From NCBI GenBank assembly GCA_018985225.1, contig JADGIF010000393.1, forward strand, positions 1-9,429: a DNA stretch of 9,429 bases, written 5' to 3'. The DNA is from Amoeboradix gromovi X-113 (Eukaryota; Fungi; Sanchytriomycota). Under the pieces are notes generated by a model. The model did no database searches and was not told the origin of the DNA. It worked only from the letters and a program-made list of their open reading frames with translations. The translations under genes were made by a program, and so were the position numbers. This document shows positions 7,583 to 9,429 of this stretch, piece by piece (within the stretch, counting starts at the first letter, position 1; every line of letters begins with the position of its first letter).

Positions 7583-7887
7583 GCTATTAAGTCAGTGGGT
7601 TTCAAGATGTTAGGTCAGATCAACGCTAACTGGACTAAAATAGAAGTTTAAAGCCATGCTGGGTTATTGTAGCCCGAATGATTTTTAAGCTGAATCAAAA
7701 AAACTTCATGATACTTCACTTATGTAATGTATCCTCATTTTAAGGCCCGCTCGTTCGGAGGTATTCCGAACCAAAACTATATGAAAAACAAGCTGGAGTC
7801 ACGAAAGCAGTAAAGAACGAAAGAGCAGCAAGTTAAAAAAGTTTACTTGGTCAAACTAGTCCCTTTAATTTTTAGACTAAAACACAA
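7583..7887. promoter_or_regulatory. 305-bp bidirectional promoter region between the sAC-like and F-box/LRR genes
   Basis: The two ATGs (7582 on -, 7888 on +) point away from each other. The region contains a perfect 7-bp inverted repeat GTTCGGA-GGTAT-TCCGAAC (7753-7771). Confidence 0.6.
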
Positions 7888-9018
7888 ATGACAACCATTC
7901 AGTCCAAAATACCAAATGAGCTTGTTGTCCAGATTTTTAAGGATTGTCCTAGCAGGATGTTTCTACTAAACAAAGAATTGACTAATGTGTATTTAAAATC
8001 CAAATACCAGAATATCAACCTACCGGGTCAAGTAGAATTATTTAGGAATGAAAATAATATCTTCCCATATGCATCGTATGTAAAAACTCTCTCTGTTGCA
8101 TTGTCTAAGCTTATTCCGAGTTGTCTTAGACTAAATTATGGTATGTTCCAGAATACTACAACGTTAATTATCATTGATGACCATGATAAATCTCTTCAGT
8201 ATCCCATAATTGTTAGACGGCTTCCCAGATTAGAAAATATCCAAATTAGATCTGATCTGTTTGCCGATCTCAGCTTTATTCTACTTCGCATCGATATGGC
8301 TCACTCGTTAAAATCTCTAACCATTTCTTATTTCAACCCCAAATTGCGTTGCATAAACAAGATTCCGAGTCTAACAGATCTGACAATCAATTATGCTTAT
8401 TATTTAGATTACGGTTATTTAAGAAGCCCGCCTTTAATACACATTTCCAAACTAGTTGCCAAAGGCTATGAGCAAAACATTGTCGAGGCCATTCCAAGTT
8501 TGTTTCCAAATCTTGAATTCTTTGAGATCCCTTATAAACAGAACATGCTTCGTAGCAATATTACTTTCCGATTTCCTGACATGAAATTAAAACATCTGAC
8601 TTGCCAAGGTGCATTCGAAACACCAAACAAATTGGATACTTTGAAATGCCTCAACAGAGATTGCTACATCCAAATCCCACCTATCCACTACACGTTCGAT
8701 AAAGTTGAATTTTATATCGACTTAAACTATCATAGCTTTAGAAAGTTGAATCAATGCGAACGTTTAGATGCCTGTCTTGAGTATTGTAAATCCTCTAAGT
8801 TCGAAGTAGTTATCTCATTCAACGGCGAGTTTTTGTTCAACAACAAGTTTAATCCTCCATTCGACGAATATTGCCATACGCTGGTTGACGGAATTCATGT
8901 TTTTAGCAAATTTTGCTCAGAAAGCAGTTACGCAATTGGAACCAGAAAAATGCAGTGGATCGTCGGTAAAGTTGGTCATTTTCTGGCCGAATGGAGGGTA
9001 TTACATCACAGATGGTAA
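7888..9018 (+). CDS. F-box-like / leucine-rich-repeat (RNI-like) protein, 376 aa, intronless
   Basis: N-terminal IPNELVVQIFKDC...LLNKEL resembles a shortened F-box (LPxEllxxIf). LRR-like segments follow: LPRLENIQI, SLKSLTIS, IPSLTDLTIN, FPNLEFFEI, KLKHLTC. A-rich start context (AAAACACAAATG). The 1131-nt ORF is solid; the domain call is by motif resemblance only. Confidence 0.65.
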   Translation: MTTIQSKIPNELVVQIFKDCPSRMFLLNKELTNVYLKSKYQNINLPGQVELFRNENNIFPYASYVKTLSVALSKLIPSCLRLNYGMFQNTTTLIIIDDHDKSLQYPIIVRRLPRLENIQIRSDLFADLSFILLRIDMAHSLKSLTISYFNPKLRCINKIPSLTDLTINYAYYLDYGYLRSPPLIHISKLVAKGYEQNIVEAIPSLFPNLEFFEIPYKQNMLRSNITFRFPDMKLKHLTCQGAFETPNKLDTLKCLNRDCYIQIPPIHYTFDKVEFYIDLNYHSFRKLNQCERLDACLEYCKSSKFEVVISFNGEFLFNNKFNPPFDEYCHTLVDGIHVFSKFCSESSYAIGTRKMQWIVGKVGHFLAEWRVLHHRW

Positions 9019-9072
9019 CAATAGACCTACGCTCTAATAACTTTAATTCTTAACGTTCATCTATTTTGATTG

Positions 9073-9100
9073 AATAAATCGCTTATAGTGACAGAATAAA
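9073..9100 (+). terminator. Candidate polyadenylation signals of the F-box/LRR gene
   Basis: AATAAA at 9073-9078 and 9095-9100, starting 55 and 77 nt after the stop codon. The hexamer is common by chance in AT-rich DNA. Confidence 0.35.
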
Positions 9101-9110
9101 CTCTGACGCT

Positions 9111-9119
9111 TATATAAAA
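9111..9119 (+). promoter_or_regulatory. Candidate TATA box
   Basis: TATATAAAA, starting 29 nt upstream of an ATG at 9140 and followed by ACCTTT. Confidence 0.3.
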
Positions 9120-9139
9120 TACCTTTCTAGAGCTTTTCA

Positions 9140-9429
9140 ATGAGATTAAAACTGTTTAAACTCTTTTTTTTATCTATTGCAGATACTCAAAGTCATCTCT
9201 AGTAGCACATGGGACACCAAATATAAATGAATTACTAGAAGATGCCACAAACTGCTCTGAAGATGAAATTATCGTCGAAAGAAAGGAAGGCATAGATGGA
9301 ATGTTACTAAGCATTTGGTACTCAGACCTGCACAAGATGTCGGACTCTAAATAAAGCAGTTTGGAGACATGCATGTGCAAACTACTATTTACAAGTAGGT
9401 AGAGACTATATGGTGGCTAGAGAGATATA
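9140..9429 (+). other. Possible 5' part of an interrupted (intron-containing or frameshifted) gene running off the window
   Basis: TATA-like element, ATG at 9140 (MRLKLFKLFF..), an acidic stop-free frame at 9160-9351 (..AHGTPNINELLEDATNCSEDEIIVERKEGIDG..), and a different frame open from 9311 to the window end (AFGTQTCTRCRTLNKAVWRHACANYYLQVGRDYMVAREI). I recognise no family and could not fix the exon structure. Confidence 0.25.

Noticed and set aside
7760-7772. tRNA T-arm / Pol III B-box (GGTTCGGAATACC on the minus strand)
   Set aside because: Imperfect B-box match with no cloverleaf stems or A-box at a suitable distance.
154-9018. Reassigned stop codons (TAA/TAG as Gln, or TGA as Trp)
   Set aside because: More than 2700 codons are free of internal stops, and the genes end in TAA or TGA at the expected positions. 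Read-through alone would not fix the cyclase frame.
9174-9380. 68-aa minus-strand ORF
   Set aside because: TTG start and a Ser/Phe/Ile/Pro-rich composition typical of an antisense shadow of the acidic + strand frame. It could be a terminal exon (CTAG acceptor near 9417), but nothing else supports that.
1-9429. CRISPR arrays, transposases, rRNA/tRNA genes, tandem repeats
   Set aside because: None seen on either strand by manual reading.

Overview
Gene-dense, AT-rich (roughly 35% GC by eye), intron-poor eukaryotic nuclear DNA using the standard genetic code, most consistent with a compact-genome early-diverging fungus or relative (inference; not determinable from this window). About 87% of the window is coding (8175 of 9429 nt in three genes). 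The genes are: (1) an intronless mitochondrial elongation factor G1 on the minus strand; (2) one large soluble adenylyl cyclase-like (ADCY10/sAC-type) gene on the minus strand, with two class III cyclase domains, a STAND-type P-loop NTPase and a helical/TPR-like tail; (3) a divergently transcribed F-box/LRR-like gene. The ORF track splits the cyclase in two, but the halves join exactly in frame if a 19-nt GT-AG intron (GTAATATTTATTAACTTAG, 5639-5657) is removed, giving 1652 aa. This ultra-short intron is the most striking feature. It carries an in-frame stop, so retention would give a cyclase-only isoform. The cyclase also has altered purine-specificity residues, a ~70-aa coiled-coil insertion in the second catalytic domain, and degenerate Walker A/B motifs. 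Both window edges may hold partial genes that I cannot resolve.
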